Source of the DNA: Lophium mytilinum
Lineage: Eukaryota
Direction: 5' to 3'
NCBI GenBank assembly: GCA_010093605.1
Contig: MU004187.1
Coordinates: 2,160,882 to 2,215,889 of the forward strand
Length of the DNA stretch: 55,008 nt
A program made the translations under genes and the position numbers. Shown in pieces: positions 37,350 through 51,500 of the stretch (positions are counted from its first letter, which is position 1; each line of letters begins with the position of its first letter). The notes below the pieces were generated by a model, which was given only the letters and a program-made list of their open reading frames with translations, searched no databases and was not told the DNA's origin.

Positions 37350-40300
37350 TAGTAATAACTTCTACCTAATATTGCCTTCTACTTGCCTAGGTTAGTTAAT
37401 ATAGAAAGAAAGGCTAATTTCTATATATAGGTGCCTCCCCCTATTATTTAAGTTAGCGTTGTAAGCTCTACTAGATTAGCGGCTAATAGGTTAAGGTCCT
37501 TAGAATAGAAAGAGAAGTTGGCCGCAGCTATCTAAGGAGGTACTGTGCTGCTTATTATTGCCTAAGCTGCTGCGCGCCTCTCTACCTCTAATAGTAGCTT
37601 ATTATCTACTAAAGTTACGCCCTATAAGCTAGCAGGTAGCAGCACTAATTTATATATCTTTTTACTATCTACCCTTCTTATAAGCGTTACTAATTTAGCT
37701 TATACCGCGGGATAGCTTACTTACCTACTTTCTCCTTTACTAAATAAGTACCCTTACTCTCTAGCCCCTCTACTAGCGCGCACACCGCCTCTATACAGAG
37801 AACGCCCACTTTAACCTACCCGGGAAGACTAGCGTTACCTACCTACGTATTTATTATACTTCTTATCTACTTACTTGCCCCCGCTAGCGCTAGGCTAACT
37901 ATAGTCCGCATTTAACTAGCCTATATATCTCTCTCTCTTATAGCCCTCCGCTACTCTAGGCGGCGCTTTCTAGAGGCTCTACTTAGTAGTTCCCGCTCTC
38001 TTTCTATCTCTTGCAGCTCGCGCTCTAATAACTAGGTTAGCGCGCTTCTTTTTACGGATTTAGCCTTTCTAGAAGTAGTAGAATTACGTAGTTATATCTT
38101 ATAGGCTACGCCTCTAGAATATATATAGGTTAGTAACGCTTAGATTTACCTATTATAGTATGCTATAAGGCTAACCCTTAAGTATAGCTTAAAATTAGTA
38201 GAGGCAGGTTAAAAGTAGATAAGAAAGATAATAGAGTAATACTTAGATATTTAGGGGACTAATTAACTGCTATATAGTATCTGTATTCTACTAGGTAATT
38301 TAGCTATTAAATGCGCGTTTAGATAAAAGCCTCTTAATATAACTAATATCTTACTAGATATAATAGTGCTTAGTTCTAATCTAATTATTAGCCCGATATT
38401 ATACCGGCCTTAACCCTAACTCTCTAGAAGGTAGCTACTACTATAGTAACTTATGCCTTCTATAATAATAGCTAATATACTACCGGTGTATATTAGACTA
38501 AAGCTCTAAACTCTTCTAATAACCTACTCGCTATTAAATTACGGCCTCTTCTTTAACCCCAACTATTTTGTTTAGAATATAAGCGTATCTATCTATACTA
38601 ATACTAACTAACTATTTAAATATATTAGGCCTAACAGTAATATATAGTTTAAAATAGTAAAGGCTAATATACTTTAAATAGAGACTAAGTAGTAAGTCTA
38701 GCTTATGCGCGGTAGTATCTAGACTTAATAGACTAATCTATATATAGAGAGGTTACTACTAAGCCCTTCTTCTAACTCTACTCTAAGGGCGCCGACTAAT
38801 TCTTTAATCTTCTATATAGCATACGCGAAATCTTAGTTATAAGGGATAAATTAAATAAACTATAGAAAGCGGAACTTAAGAAGATACTCGCTACTTAAAA
38901 GACTATAATATAGTCTACTAATAAGTCTAAGTCTATAGTAACCTTTAAAAAGAAATATAGCAACCTTTAAAAGCGCTAGAGATATACTAAATACTAACTT
39001 AATTCTATAGTAAATATTCTAATCTTAGAAGGCTAAATAGGGGTAATAGACGCCTACGCCCTTACTATTATTCTAATAACTATGCCTGATACTACCTATA
39101 TAGTAAAGCTTACTAAGGCGCTATAAGACTAAGAGCTACTAAAGCAAGTTATAATTAAGTGCTAATTTAGAATCTCTACTTAGATGCGCCCTAGCCTATC
39201 TACTAATATACCGGGTGCATAATAGTGCACTTGCTTTTATTATTTTAATCTAGATACGCGTAAACTATAAAAGGTAGCCTCTATAAATAAGCCTAAGTAC
39301 TACTATAACCTTACTATTAAGGGCACCCTTAAGGTTCTTAAGATTCTAGAAGAACACCTACCGCCCTTATTTAGAGGCTAGATAATTAGGTGTAATACTA
39401 ACGCAACCGCTAGTAAAGAGCTAGCAGAGGTCTCTATCTTCCTCGCCGTTATTCTAACCTAACCGGCCACCCCCGCTAAGCTAGTAGAACCCCGCGAGAG
39501 GTTAATATAGGACGCCGTTTACTACGTAAAGGTCTAAGATAAGCATAAGTCTTATATTAGTCTACCTTAGAATCTATATTTTAAATAGTATATATCTATT
39601 ATCTTGCATATAATCTATAGAGAATTAGCTAATAGAAGTCCGGCCTTATAAATATAGCTTATATTTATAGTTCTAGTGTTTAGATTACTATATGCTAATA
39701 AGCTATACTAGATTGTATTCTATAGCTAAGTAGACTCTCCGCTTAATACTATCTATACTAATAAGAAGTTTAAGGCTATAATAATAGATAGTTTTACCTA
39801 GATATACCTAGTTATATCTACGCTAGATACTCTAGAGAAGTTAGCGTCTATAGAAGTATAAGCTAGAGAATTTTACGGCCTTAAGTAGCCTCTAAATCTA
39901 CTATAAACTACACCCCTACTTCTAGAGTTATAGAAGGCTAAACTTCTTACCTAAACTAATCTACTATTTATTAGAATTATAGAGCACCTACTAGTGCCCC
40001 GGCGCAACTACTATATCTACTCTTCTATTAATACTTTAAGCAAGTATATAGACCTAGATTATATTCTCTATTTTAAAGTTACTACTTCTAATATAGAGGA
40101 GTAAAGTCTAGATAATAAGCGCCGGTATACTACTTAAATAGTATATAAAAACATCGCCCAGCGTACTATACTAGTTAACTTATTATAGAAATAGGTTAAC
40201 GCCTAGACTTATAAGAAGTTTTATAAGGTATTATATAATATAGCTACTAAAATACTTATAGTATTACCTATAATACTAAATATAGTAAATATAATAAATA

Positions 40301-42000
40301 ATATAGTAGAGGGCTTTATAGACGCAACTAAGCCCCTTTATATATATCTAGATTAGCACCGGGTTCTAATAATAGAGGATTATATACTGCTAGAGGGACT
40401 ATATGCTATTAATATTTCCTACTAAGGCTGCTCTAACTAGTTTCTATCCCCGTTTAAGTTAGCACGGGTTACAGTTAAGCAAGTTTATAACTTTAAGATA
40501 ACTAGTAGACCGGGAGGGCATAGTAAATATAATATTAAGAATATCCTTAGGTACTATACTAAGGTACTAGACGAGTTTAAGGCTGGCCGGGCTAAGGCTA
40601 GTAATGGTGCGGAGGGGGATAAATAGAATACTGCTAAAGTCTACTATATTAATAGTCTAACCTTCTATATAGACTGCTATACGGCTAGAGGTTTTACTAT
40701 ATTTATCTAAGAACTAATTACTAATAGCACTATTAACTATTATAAAGTAAGTAGCTACCTAGCGGTTAGCTATTACTACTCCGCCTTTAGCTATAACGGA
40801 AGCAATAACTTCTACTCTAAGTATAATACTAGCGAAGATAATAATACTAACTAAGACAGTACCTATACGCTATACTCGGGCGACAATAAATTAATACGCC
40901 GGCGGCTAACTATCTTAGATTACATCTATAAGGCTATTCTAGACCTTAAGAACTGCGCTAGGCTTCTTAATAGAGATAGTAATAGTGGTAATAACTTAAA
41001 CGCGCAAGATAATTGCGGACTATAGAATCTGCGTAAAGATAAGCTTAGCTAGAGAATACAGGACTATATAGCTAAAGTGTTGGCTAAAATATAGTAAGTA
41101 GTAGAGGGCCACTATAATTAGGAATAATTAATAATAATTAAAAATAATTAGATATTCTGCGGGCGGCCCGGGTAGACTATAGTATAAGAGTTGCTGCTGG
41201 CACTAGTTATAGGCGCCGGCGACTTAGACGGGAGGCAGTATCCCTGCTACTAATTTAGAGGTGTTAGTAATCTAGAAGTCTTCTATACCTATATACTTAA
41301 TTTAAAATACTAAGTTATTATTATATTTACTATAGGTTATATATATAAATACTAGATAGTAATATATATAGCCTATAAGCTAATATCTTCCTAGGGCTAA
41401 ATATCTACTAGCCTAATTTCTAGCACTATTAATAAGGGCTTAATAATTCTTTAGCTTCCCTATTAACCTAGTACGGAATAGGGCCTAGAGTTTCGCCGGG
41501 GTATTATTATAAAAGTAGCTAAAGAACTTAACCTACTTTTAACGGCGCGGTATAGACTATTAAAGAAAGGCTTAAGCACTCTTATAATCTATAAGAAGAT
41601 AGTCCTCCGCCCTTACTACTTACTAGTTCTTATAAGTTGTCTACTCTCTATCTACCTTATTCTTATTAAGTGTAGTTATTGCTAACGTGTATACCGCTAA
41701 TTCTACCGCGCGCAAGAGACTTAAGCGGCCGAATTAGTAATATTATAAAACTCCCTGCCTAACTAGCGCCTTCTAGCTATTATCTAATTTTGCGCCAGCT
41801 AAGAGAGACGCGGAGTTTAACCTAGGCTACTTAATGCGCATCTAATATTACTATCTTGTAGCCGTCCTATAACTAGCACTTACCCTAGCCGCCGTCTTCT
41901 TAATAACGCCGGCACTCTTAGTAGATACCCGTTAACTCTATTCTACTAGACTAGCAATACATCGCCGCCCAGCGCTCGCCTTGCGGAAGGGAGTAACGCG
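37350..42000 (+). pseudogene. RIP-degraded cargo ORFs of unknown function, including one reading frame of about 600 codons (~39180-41100)
   Basis: The plus-strand frame reads as protein when TAA/TAG are reverted (..LEILEEHLPPLFGG..AEVSIFLAVIL..VLDEFEAGRAEAGDGAEGDE..RRRLTILDYIHEAILDLENCARLL..). No family recognised. Confidence 0.45.
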
Positions 42001-42334
42001 CTTAAACTTAGTGTCTTCTTCTATATTACCTAGATAGCACTCGCCTAGAGTTAAGAGTTCTTTACTATAGCTAGTAACTGCGGCAGGAAGTTAGATACTA
42101 GAAATTAGTAAGAGGTAATACTTACTTTTAACACACGCTGTACTATTAGAACTAGGGAAACTAGATATAACTACTAGTACGCGCTTAAAACTACGCCCAC
42201 TATAAAGGTTTATGCTAGCTATAAAGGATATAGAAATAATAGAAATAATTACGTACGGGCTTTAGGGTTATAGTTTAAGGGAGTAAGCCGTAGTCTTTAA
42301 TATGTAGATGCGTTAAGGGTCTAGGCTAATAAAA

Positions 42335-45300
42335 TAGCCCGCCCCCTATTAGAATGCGTTGCGTGCTATTAAAAAATAATAAGTACTATATACTAGCCTA
42401 TAATCTAATATAATCTATAATAATTACTTGCAATCTATAAGTTTCTATATAGGGCTAACTAAATTTAACTAGAAATAGAGTATATACTTTCTACTAAATA
42501 TAAATACTGCTATAAGTTATTCTAAATACTTAGCGCCCTAAATAAATATATACTATGCTATAAAAAGCTCCTTAAGATACTATAGCGGGTTCCGCTTGCT
42601 AATACTAGAACTACTAGATCCGTAATCTAGTCTTGCATGCTCCGCGTTATTTAGATAATAGACGGGATATTATTTAGAACGCCTAGATTGCTACTAGTAA
42701 GTCTACCCCTACTAGCTAACCCCTGCAATAAGATAGAGTATAAGATAAATAAAATAGAGCTATATATCTCTAGTAAACTAGAAGAGTACTAGAGTCCGCC
42801 TTTTATAAATAGAGGCCCTATAAGCTTAATATATAATAACCCGCCGGAGGCTACTAAATTCTACGTTCTATACTAATAAGGCCGACTAATAATATTATCT
42901 ATATTATTACTGTAAGAGGAAGTATATCCCTCTACTAAATTAGGTATGCCTGTAGGGGCGTCTATTAGACAGGCTAATACTAGATAGTAGATGTAAGTAT
43001 TATTAGGGACTGCTATCCCCCCCGCCCGTAAAGGCGGTATTAGAGCTTACTAACTAGTTACTCTATTATAGGGACTAATCCCCCTTCTATCTATTTTAAT
43101 TAGCGTTTAACTATGCTTTTATATTATAGCTTTAGTAGATTAGCTGCACTAAGAATAATATTAACCTGCTATTTAATAACATCTACCTTAAGAGTATATT
43201 CTCTAACTCTCTTATATTTACATTAGGCGATTTATAGAATAGTAAACTAGAGGAAATTAGATATAGTATTAGTAATACTAACTACATAGTAGAGATGCTG
43301 CATTTCCTAAGTAAAAAATAAAGCTTAAGCGGAGAGTGGCATCTAGTATACTACTTTAATATAATAGCAGCTATATTATTTCTAATTAGACACCGCCCTT
43401 TCTATAATTACCTTATATTTATACCGGTTTAAGTCCGCAATATAGAAGGCCGGTAGGTATATACTAAGTTGTATACATTAGACTAGTAGTAGTAGACTTA
43501 GTTAAAGCTTCCAGCGGGGGCTATAGTAATACCTATCTTACTCTCCGCAGATAAGATATAGCTTACCTAATATTACGGCGATAAGAGCGCATAGCTAGTC
43601 TATCTAACTATTAGTAATCTAGATAGGACTACGCGGCGCTTAAATATATTACCTGGCACCCTACTACTAGGCTTTATACTAAGCACGGCGGATAAAGAAG
43701 ACTACCTAAAGTATTAGCTATACTATAGCTCTTTAGGCTACATTCTTAGGTATTAGTAAAATTCTTACTAATACTAAGCGGTTTTCTAATATAAAATAAG
43801 CTATTATAGAATATACTACTAACGGAATTATACTAGAATGCAGGGATAGTAAGAATTAAAGGTGCTATCTAGTATTATACAGAATTATAGCCGATTATAA
43901 AGAATAGAGCCTACTTATAGGTATTAAATTTAGAAAACACTGCACTATATACTAGGTACTATTGCATTAACGCGAAGACCTAGAGACTAAATACGCCGCA
44001 AGGTCTTATTACTTAACTATTATTTAGATTAAATAGCAATGTAATAATAAAGAGTATTTAAAACTTCTACTAAATAAAGCGCTATATAATATAGAGGCTA
44101 TAGAGCTTAATATAGAGTTATATATATATTCTATAAATAACTTTACCTAGAAACACCCCTATACTAATATCTACTAGATAATAATAATAGATATTCTATA
44201 CTAACTATTTACGGGCGTTATTTACAACCTTATTAAATGGGTCTAGCTACTAGTAGCGGAGGTCTACACCCCAGCAATTAGAAGAAAAGATGCCCGTGTT
44301 CTAATAGAAAATAAGAGCGGCTTAACCTAGCTAGACGAGCGATTTAAGGACGTGCCGCCTTTCCCGGGTCTATCTACGTTTAATAAGAAGAATTTTAGTA
44401 AACTTTTATAGTATACTAGCTCTAAATAAAAGTCTATAGCCCGCTAGCTTATAGTAGTAGTAGCACTGCTGCTAGAAGTAAAGGCGCTAAACGCGCTCTA
44501 GTTCGTCTATATAATGCTTAATTTTACTATTCTAGTGCAGTATAAGATGCATAATAAGGCCACGCTAGAGTATATAGAGCTAGTAATAGCTTAAATTAAT
44601 ATATATAAGTTAGAATTTAGAATATTTAGACCTAGAGATAAGGATGGAAACTACGCCTTCTACTATTTAAAATTCTATGTTATGCAGCACTACGTCGATT
44701 TTATATAGAAATTTGGCGCCATTAATAGCTATAATACCGGCTTAAATAGTAAAGTAAAATACTAATACCTAGTTAAATTACGGTATTAGTTAATAAACTA
44801 TAAGGACTTTCTACCCTAGATCTACTAATTAAACTAGAGACTTATAAATAACTAGGCTATAAACGATATACTAAACTACTAATATTACTATTCTTAACCG
44901 GCAGTAATAAGAGATATACTAATATAATAGATAATAGTATTAGAAAGCATTAATATCTTAAACTTTAAATAGCCTAGATATAATAATTTCTATAAAGGCT
45001 AAATAGTATACTATCTAAAAGTAAGTATTAAGTATATAGCTAATATAAGCCGGGAGCTAGACTTTATAGCCGCCGCCGCCGTATTTATTTAAGAAGAGAG
45101 GCGCAAGATCTAAGGCTAATATACTAAGCCTAGCAGTCTAGATATATTAGACCCTAATCTATTCTAGGTTAGCTACCTCTAGCTTAAGTTTTACGCTAGT
45201 ATTTTGTGTTAGAAGCAATTAGGTGCTAGCAAGGACCTAGAAAGCCTTATAAAAGAAAATCTACAGTATAACCCTAAGTAGTAGAACTAAGAATAGCAAC

Positions 45301-45878
45301 GCAACTATTTATAGGTGTAAGAGTATGGCTTAGACTATACTAAAAATAGAAAGACGCGCGTTAGTATTACTAATAGAAGGTTAGTAGGGTAGCTGCAATT
45401 TATAGTAACTATTATAGACCCTATTCTAAAGAGTAAAGATACCTTATAGGCGGCACACTCTAGAGTTTTTATTTACCTTCTAGCGCTAATTAATAACGGG
45501 AAGCTATATTATGTCTATGGCCTAGTAGAGGTAGCTTCTTAGACTTCTAATAATAGCCGCCGCTAATAAAAGCTAGAAGTATATTAATTCTATCTACTAC
45601 TATAAGTCCTCTAAAGTGTATATATTATACTAGCTACCTTTAGCCTAGACTTTACCCATTTTTTTATTAATAACTATATTAACTAGGATTAATATAATAT
45701 ACTCTATATAGAAGACTAGGAGATAGAGGCGCAAGAGGTAATAAGGTAGTACCGGCTTAGCGGTTGCGCTAAAGAGATTAAAGCTGCCCTAAGAGTTAAA
45801 GACGCAGCGGAGATTTTAGTAAAGCGCGTAAGGGTAAGAGCACTTACTAACGCCTTTCTCCCGCAACTAAGCCGGTAA
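42335..45878 (+). pseudogene. Plavaka-family transposase, RIP-inactivated
   Basis: De-RIP motifs in the expected order: ELYTSDWWWQTQLKLPAGATVIPILLSADKTQLT..GDKSAWPVYLTIGNLDRTTRR (43466-43640), RCYPVLCGIIADYEEQSLLTGIKSGKHCTMCQVP (43860-43960), DILHQLFTGV (~44190), KFHVMQHYVDFI.KFGAIDGYDT (44670-44740), FFINNYIDWDQYNILY (~45660-45708). The core is confident. Start and stop are approximate. Confidence 0.9.
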
Positions 45879-46299
45879 ACACTAAGAAGTAGTATAGCGA
45901 AGAGGGGCTATAGCACTAGCAAGCAACGGCGTAAATAGAAATAAGGCCGCAAGAAAAGACGTCCTTAATTTTTCCCTACTATTAAGAGATAATTAAGCAT
46001 TATTTAGCTTTATTAACCTCTAAGGCTAATTAATATAAGATAATAACTGCGTACTTTCCTATATAATTTCTATAATACTAGGTAACGCTAGTATACCCTG
46101 CTAGCGCTGCCTTACTTTACTTTTTAAAATTATACGTTGCTACCTTTACCTGTTTCCCTTTACTAATAACGGCCGCCTAATTAAATTTACTAGCTACTTA
46201 AACTTACTACCCTCTAATTACTTTCTTTCCTTAATACTTTGCAGTAATTAACCCTAAATAGCGCCTATAGTAAGTATATTATCTATACTAGAGGTTCTA

Positions 46300-49200
46300 G
46301 GCTATAGTTAAGTTATAAACTACTTTCTAGTGGGTTAATACTGCAAGATAGAGGTGTAAGGTGCAGACCTTAATACACTTAAACTGTACTTACCTATTCT
46401 AGTCTAGTTAGACGCGGATAAACCTCTCTCTAAACCGGGTTGGGACTATAAGATACCCTCCGCCTTTACTAGAGCGTATACGTCTAAAGAGGGGGATATT
46501 TTCTATCTCCGCAACTTTAAGTATATTAGTAATAATACTCCGTATTTTAGCCCTATTAAACTAATACCTGTAAGCTATATAACGTTCTAGCCGATAATAC
46601 TAAGCTAATAGAATAAGCGTTTTATTAATTAAAGCTGCACCTATCTATACGCGGTTAGAATGTAATCCTTTTATAGCCCTACGCTATAAGATATAATACT
46701 AAGATAAATTATCTAGAAGAGTTAGCGAGTATTAGCCTACTTAAAGAGGTAAGTAAGTACTCTCTCTTCTATAGATACCTACTAATATAATATTCCTTTT
46801 CTAGCTATTTAGGTAATGCTATTAAGACTCTATTATTTATAATACTTATATATATATATTACCGGGTAAGACGCTAACCTTTACCCTCCTAAAATTCTTC
46901 TATATATATAGTCGCGTCTACTATATAGACCTAAATACTAATAAATACTTTAGCCTATAACTATTATCTCCTGCTATAATATATATAGATTGCGGATCCG
47001 CTAGCCTTATAGATAAGTGTACCGGTCTAGACCCGCTCTAACTAAATATAGCTAACTAGTTAATAATACTTTAAAACCTCTTAAGCGATATCTATATGCG
47101 ATATATTATTAACTATAAATAATAGTTAGACTGTAACCTACTAAAGCCTTTTAATCTAGAGGACTTTTAGCACTTAGTTAATCTATATATAATAGAACTT
47201 ACTAACTATAGAACTAATTTAGAGATAAGTAAAGCGTTTAAGTTAGAATTTAAGCCTAATACAGATAATACGGAGAAGAAGAATATAGAGATAGAGGCAG
47301 GCGAGGTAGATAATACTAAAGCGGAGATAGAGGCAGACAATATAGAAATAGAGGATAGCGGGTAGAAGGCTTCTCTTAAGCGTGCTTAAGTTATATAGTA
47401 GGCGGTATATATAGTTAGTCTAGACCCCTAAATATAGTAGTTTATTCTATAATAGCGTCTATATTTAAGTATAAGGTATAATAGAGTTTTAAAAATATTA
47501 ATACATAAGTTAATTACTAGCAATTTAATTTTTCTTACTACCCATACGCTTAACCCTTCTCTTTTATAGATTATTAATTATAATTAGAGATTATATATAT
47601 CTCCCTTTTATAATTAGAGTTAGCCCGCTACTTATATTATCTTACCCGTCTTAATTCTATTATACCCCTTCTTGTTAAGTAGGGCTACTACTTATTTAAA
47701 TACCGCGCAGGTATATATAAGTTAGTTATACTAGTTAAGATTTACGCCCTATAAACTATTTAAAGTAATACCTAGGGTAGCTAATATTAGGGGCTGCATC
47801 CCTAATAATATTAAGAGGCATTCTATTAGTAGACCTACTACCCCGTCTAATAGACCTAAATTCTTCCTCTAATTCTAAAGTAGTATATATTATTCTTTAT
47901 CTTTAGGCTCTAACGCTAGAAGACCGCCCTTTATAGAGCCCGGTATCGCCCGCGGCTTCTACTCTATTGCCTCTAATGCTTAATATAATTAATTATAATT
48001 AGAGATTATTACCCTCTTACAATAGTATAAAGTCTATCTTAACTATCTAACTTCTTAGGCTACGCAGCGTTATCTATTACCTAAGCTAAGGCTATAAACC
48101 CGCTTTACCCGGTAGGCGCGCGTTATGTTATAGCTAGTAAAGACCTTTACCTCCTCCGCTAATAACTAAGCAGGCCGGTAAGTAAAATCTAACTCTAATC
48201 TTACTCTCGCGTATAAGCCTTGCTATACTCTTTCTTACTATATTACTAATAGCTTAATAGCCTAAATTACTGCAACCCTGCTACTGCAATAGAGTAGATA
48301 GTAGTCTACTAGGATAGACTGGCGGACCTTACTATTACTATCTATATTAATAGCTATATAGACTACTTTAAAGCGCTATATACTATATATAGCGGAGATA
48401 ACCTAGAGAAAGCTACTATATTTCCCCAGCGCCCTTAGAAAGATATTACTAACTTTAAGGTTAAATATAATATACTTATCCAGTCTATATATAAGTATTT
48501 ACTATACCTAGTTCTAAGTTAAAAATTAGGTAATATAAAGGGCGGCCAGTTTAATAAGCTAGAGATAAAGACTATACTAGAGGTAGTAAAGAAGGCCTAT
48601 AGGGATAGCTCTAAGAGCTTCTTTATTAAGAATTAGGCCTACGTAAGTCTATCTACTACTTCCCTACCTATATCTACTAACTATTCGCTAGTATAAGGAG
48701 CTTATAGTACCTATAGTTCTAGATAAGAGCGGCTTTAAATACTCTAGAGGTAAAGAAGGTATAGTAGTGTAGCTATATAAGGGCTATAGACTCTAAGTTA
48801 ATATATCTATAAACACGCTTAATATTACTAGCAGCGCAGTACTAATTATATATATAAGCTACACTTTAATACCTACTCTACTAAGTATATTCTAATCTGT
48901 AATTATTAATATAGATGTTAGAAAGACCTTCTACTACTACTAAGACCTAAAATATACGCCGCTGCTATACGTAAGAAGATTACATATTTACTAACCTATA
49001 TTTAGTCCTCTTACTAATGCGTGCCTACTTTATTAACTCTAAAGATAGTTCTATATTTAAAGTTAGCCTTATAAACCTAATATTATTCTGCTTAAATTAC
49101 GCCGCCTTAGGCAAGGCTATTAGCTGCTATGCAGCTACATCTAGGGAGAAAGGGGAGAAAGACAACTGCGACCTTTAACTAGAAGTCTAAATTTACACTA

Positions 49201-50700
49201 AGTATATTCTTGCAGTTAAGCCGCAGATCTTAATATTCTAGAAGACTAGAAGCGTGTAAGTAGTGCTATTATTGCTAGAGACCTATATCTTTATAGACAA
49301 GCCGCAGACCTTAATACGCTAGAAGACTAAAAGTATATAAGAGGCGCTATTATCGCTAGAGACCTTAGTAATAGCTAAGGCTAAAGAGAAGAACTTAGAA
49401 ATAGCAGTATTAGGATAAGAGACTTAAGGTGCAACCTTAAAGAATAAATATAAAGCGCTACCTAATAAACTAGAGCCTATAGACCTTATAGAAGATAAAG
49501 ATAAATTAGATATATACTACTTTAATAATAGAAAGAACTAGGTAGAGAAAGTTAACTAGAATAAAGAAAATGCTATAGAGGAGGTATTATCTATAGAAGA
49601 CCTAGATAGCTTAGAGGTGGCGGAGGCGGCCTTATATAAGGCTAAAATAGGCCTAATTATAGCTTAGACTAGCGTTAAGAAGGCCTTAGAAATTATGCGT
49701 ACTTGTATAGTAAGGGATAAAGAGGAGAATACTAACTCTACTATCTTCTACTCCCCTAATATTATCTAAGAGACGCCTAAAAGTGGATATAGAAGGCGTG
49801 TACACTTAGTATAGTAAGTACTTCCTTAAGGAATTACTAATTTCCTAGCGCATATATAGGTAGAAAGCGGCCTTAAATAGAACTATATAAGTCTATCTAT
49901 ATATACTCTCTATATACCTTCTATACCCTTACGCCGCTGCTAAGTTAACTTTTAATAGATGCGCAGCATGTATATATACCTTATGTCTTAGAGCCTATCT
50001 CCGCCCTAAGCTCTAACTTAGAAACTGCTTATCTACCTACTTCTAATATAAACCCCCTAAACTGCACACGCTTAAAAATACTACTAGTCTTATAATATCT
50101 ATTTAGAGATGTTCTATAGTTATAATACCTAGCGCGTTAAGCTATAATATAAGGGATTAAACCTAAGGCTAATTAAGAATAACTATTAGTAATAATGGCG
50201 CACTACTATAAAGACGCACTTATGCAAGATCCTAATAGTATACTTAAGGGAAAAGTATATAGCAACTATTAGTTAAAATACGTGCGCCTAAGCCTTAAAT
50301 TTCTAGCGCCTGCCTATATATATAACAGGACTATTCTCCTCTATTCTACGGGTATAAAAGCCTGCCCCGCATCTCTTTCTCTATGCTATAGAGTAGTAGA
50401 AGGTAGTAAGAGTTAAAAAGGTAGAAGAGTTATAGTAGAGATTAACTTAAGGCTAACTATTTAGAATATAGCGGGTGTTAAAATTGCGTATACTAATAAA
50501 TTATAGTAGGGGCTAAAGCTAGCAGAAACTTATCTAAGAAGCTAGAATATAGAGAATAAGAGGTAGTGCGCGGGTATAGCTTACTAATAGTATCTACTAT
50601 AATAGAAAGCTAATAGCGCACTAATATCTAGGTTAGTAGTTAGACTAGCACAGTTCTATAGAGCTATATTAGGCAAAGGTAATATACTCTAGTATTACTA
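46300..50700 (+). pseudogene. RIP-degraded cargo ORFs of unknown function (at least two, with acidic tails/linkers)
   Basis: Protein-like plus-strand frames at ~46400-47390 (acidic end TEKKNVEMEAGEVDDAEAEMEAD) and ~47900-50700 (includes an 81-bp tandem duplication at 49218/49299 and an acidic coiled-coil stretch). Confidence 0.4.
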
Positions 50701-51500
50701 GCTTATATTGCCTACTAAGCTTCTCTATCCCTTCTGCTCTACTCTATAAGCTTTTTTATCTACTAGGTTTCTCTATCTCTTCCGCTCTACTCTATATAAT
50801 AGCGCCTTAGTTCTAGTGTAATCTTTTATATATATAGCTCTTAATCTTTCTAACTACTACACGCGACTATATATCTATATTCCCCACCGGCTTTTAACCC
50901 TACCCTAACTACTACTTCTCTAGCCCTACTTTCCTTAGAAAATAAGCGGGTAGATAGAATATATACTCTATTACCGGCGCTAGATACACTTTAATCTAGT
51001 ATTACGGGGATAATCTAGCCCTTATATGCGCTAGTAATAGACGACTATCTACTATATAATAACGCGGTAGAGAGAGGGAAAATAAAGCTACCCCTACTCT
51101 AATATCTCTAACTCTCCTTGTAGTACTGCGCAAGATTATCTAGAATTATATAAGATTATCTATAATTATTATAGTGTGCCCCCTATATTCTTATATTCTA
51201 AAAGAGACTCTAGCCTATTTTTTTAAGTATATTTTAGGTTCTATAACTACCCCGCTAGATAGAGAGTATATATTCTTATTACCTTCTAGCGTATAAGTAC
51301 ACTATAGGCTAGGTTGCAAAATAATAGTATCTTAACTCTTAAGGTTAGAAGTGTAATAGGAGAGACTATAAACAGAGGAGCGGCAACCTAAAATATAGAT
51401 AGAAGGAGTAAAGCGTGCTAATATAGAGGGAAATAAAAGACGTAGAAGAAGTAAATAGAAAGAAGGGGCTATAGAGGCGGTAGCGTTATAGCTATAATAC
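50690..51500 (-). pseudogene. RIP-degraded cargo ORF of unknown function near the right end
   Basis: Minus-strand de-RIP ..AVLQGELEMLEQGQLHFPSLPRY..IEVYLAPVMEYIFHLPAHFLRKVGLEK..HRVERKRQRNLV. Boundaries are approximate. Confidence 0.3.
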
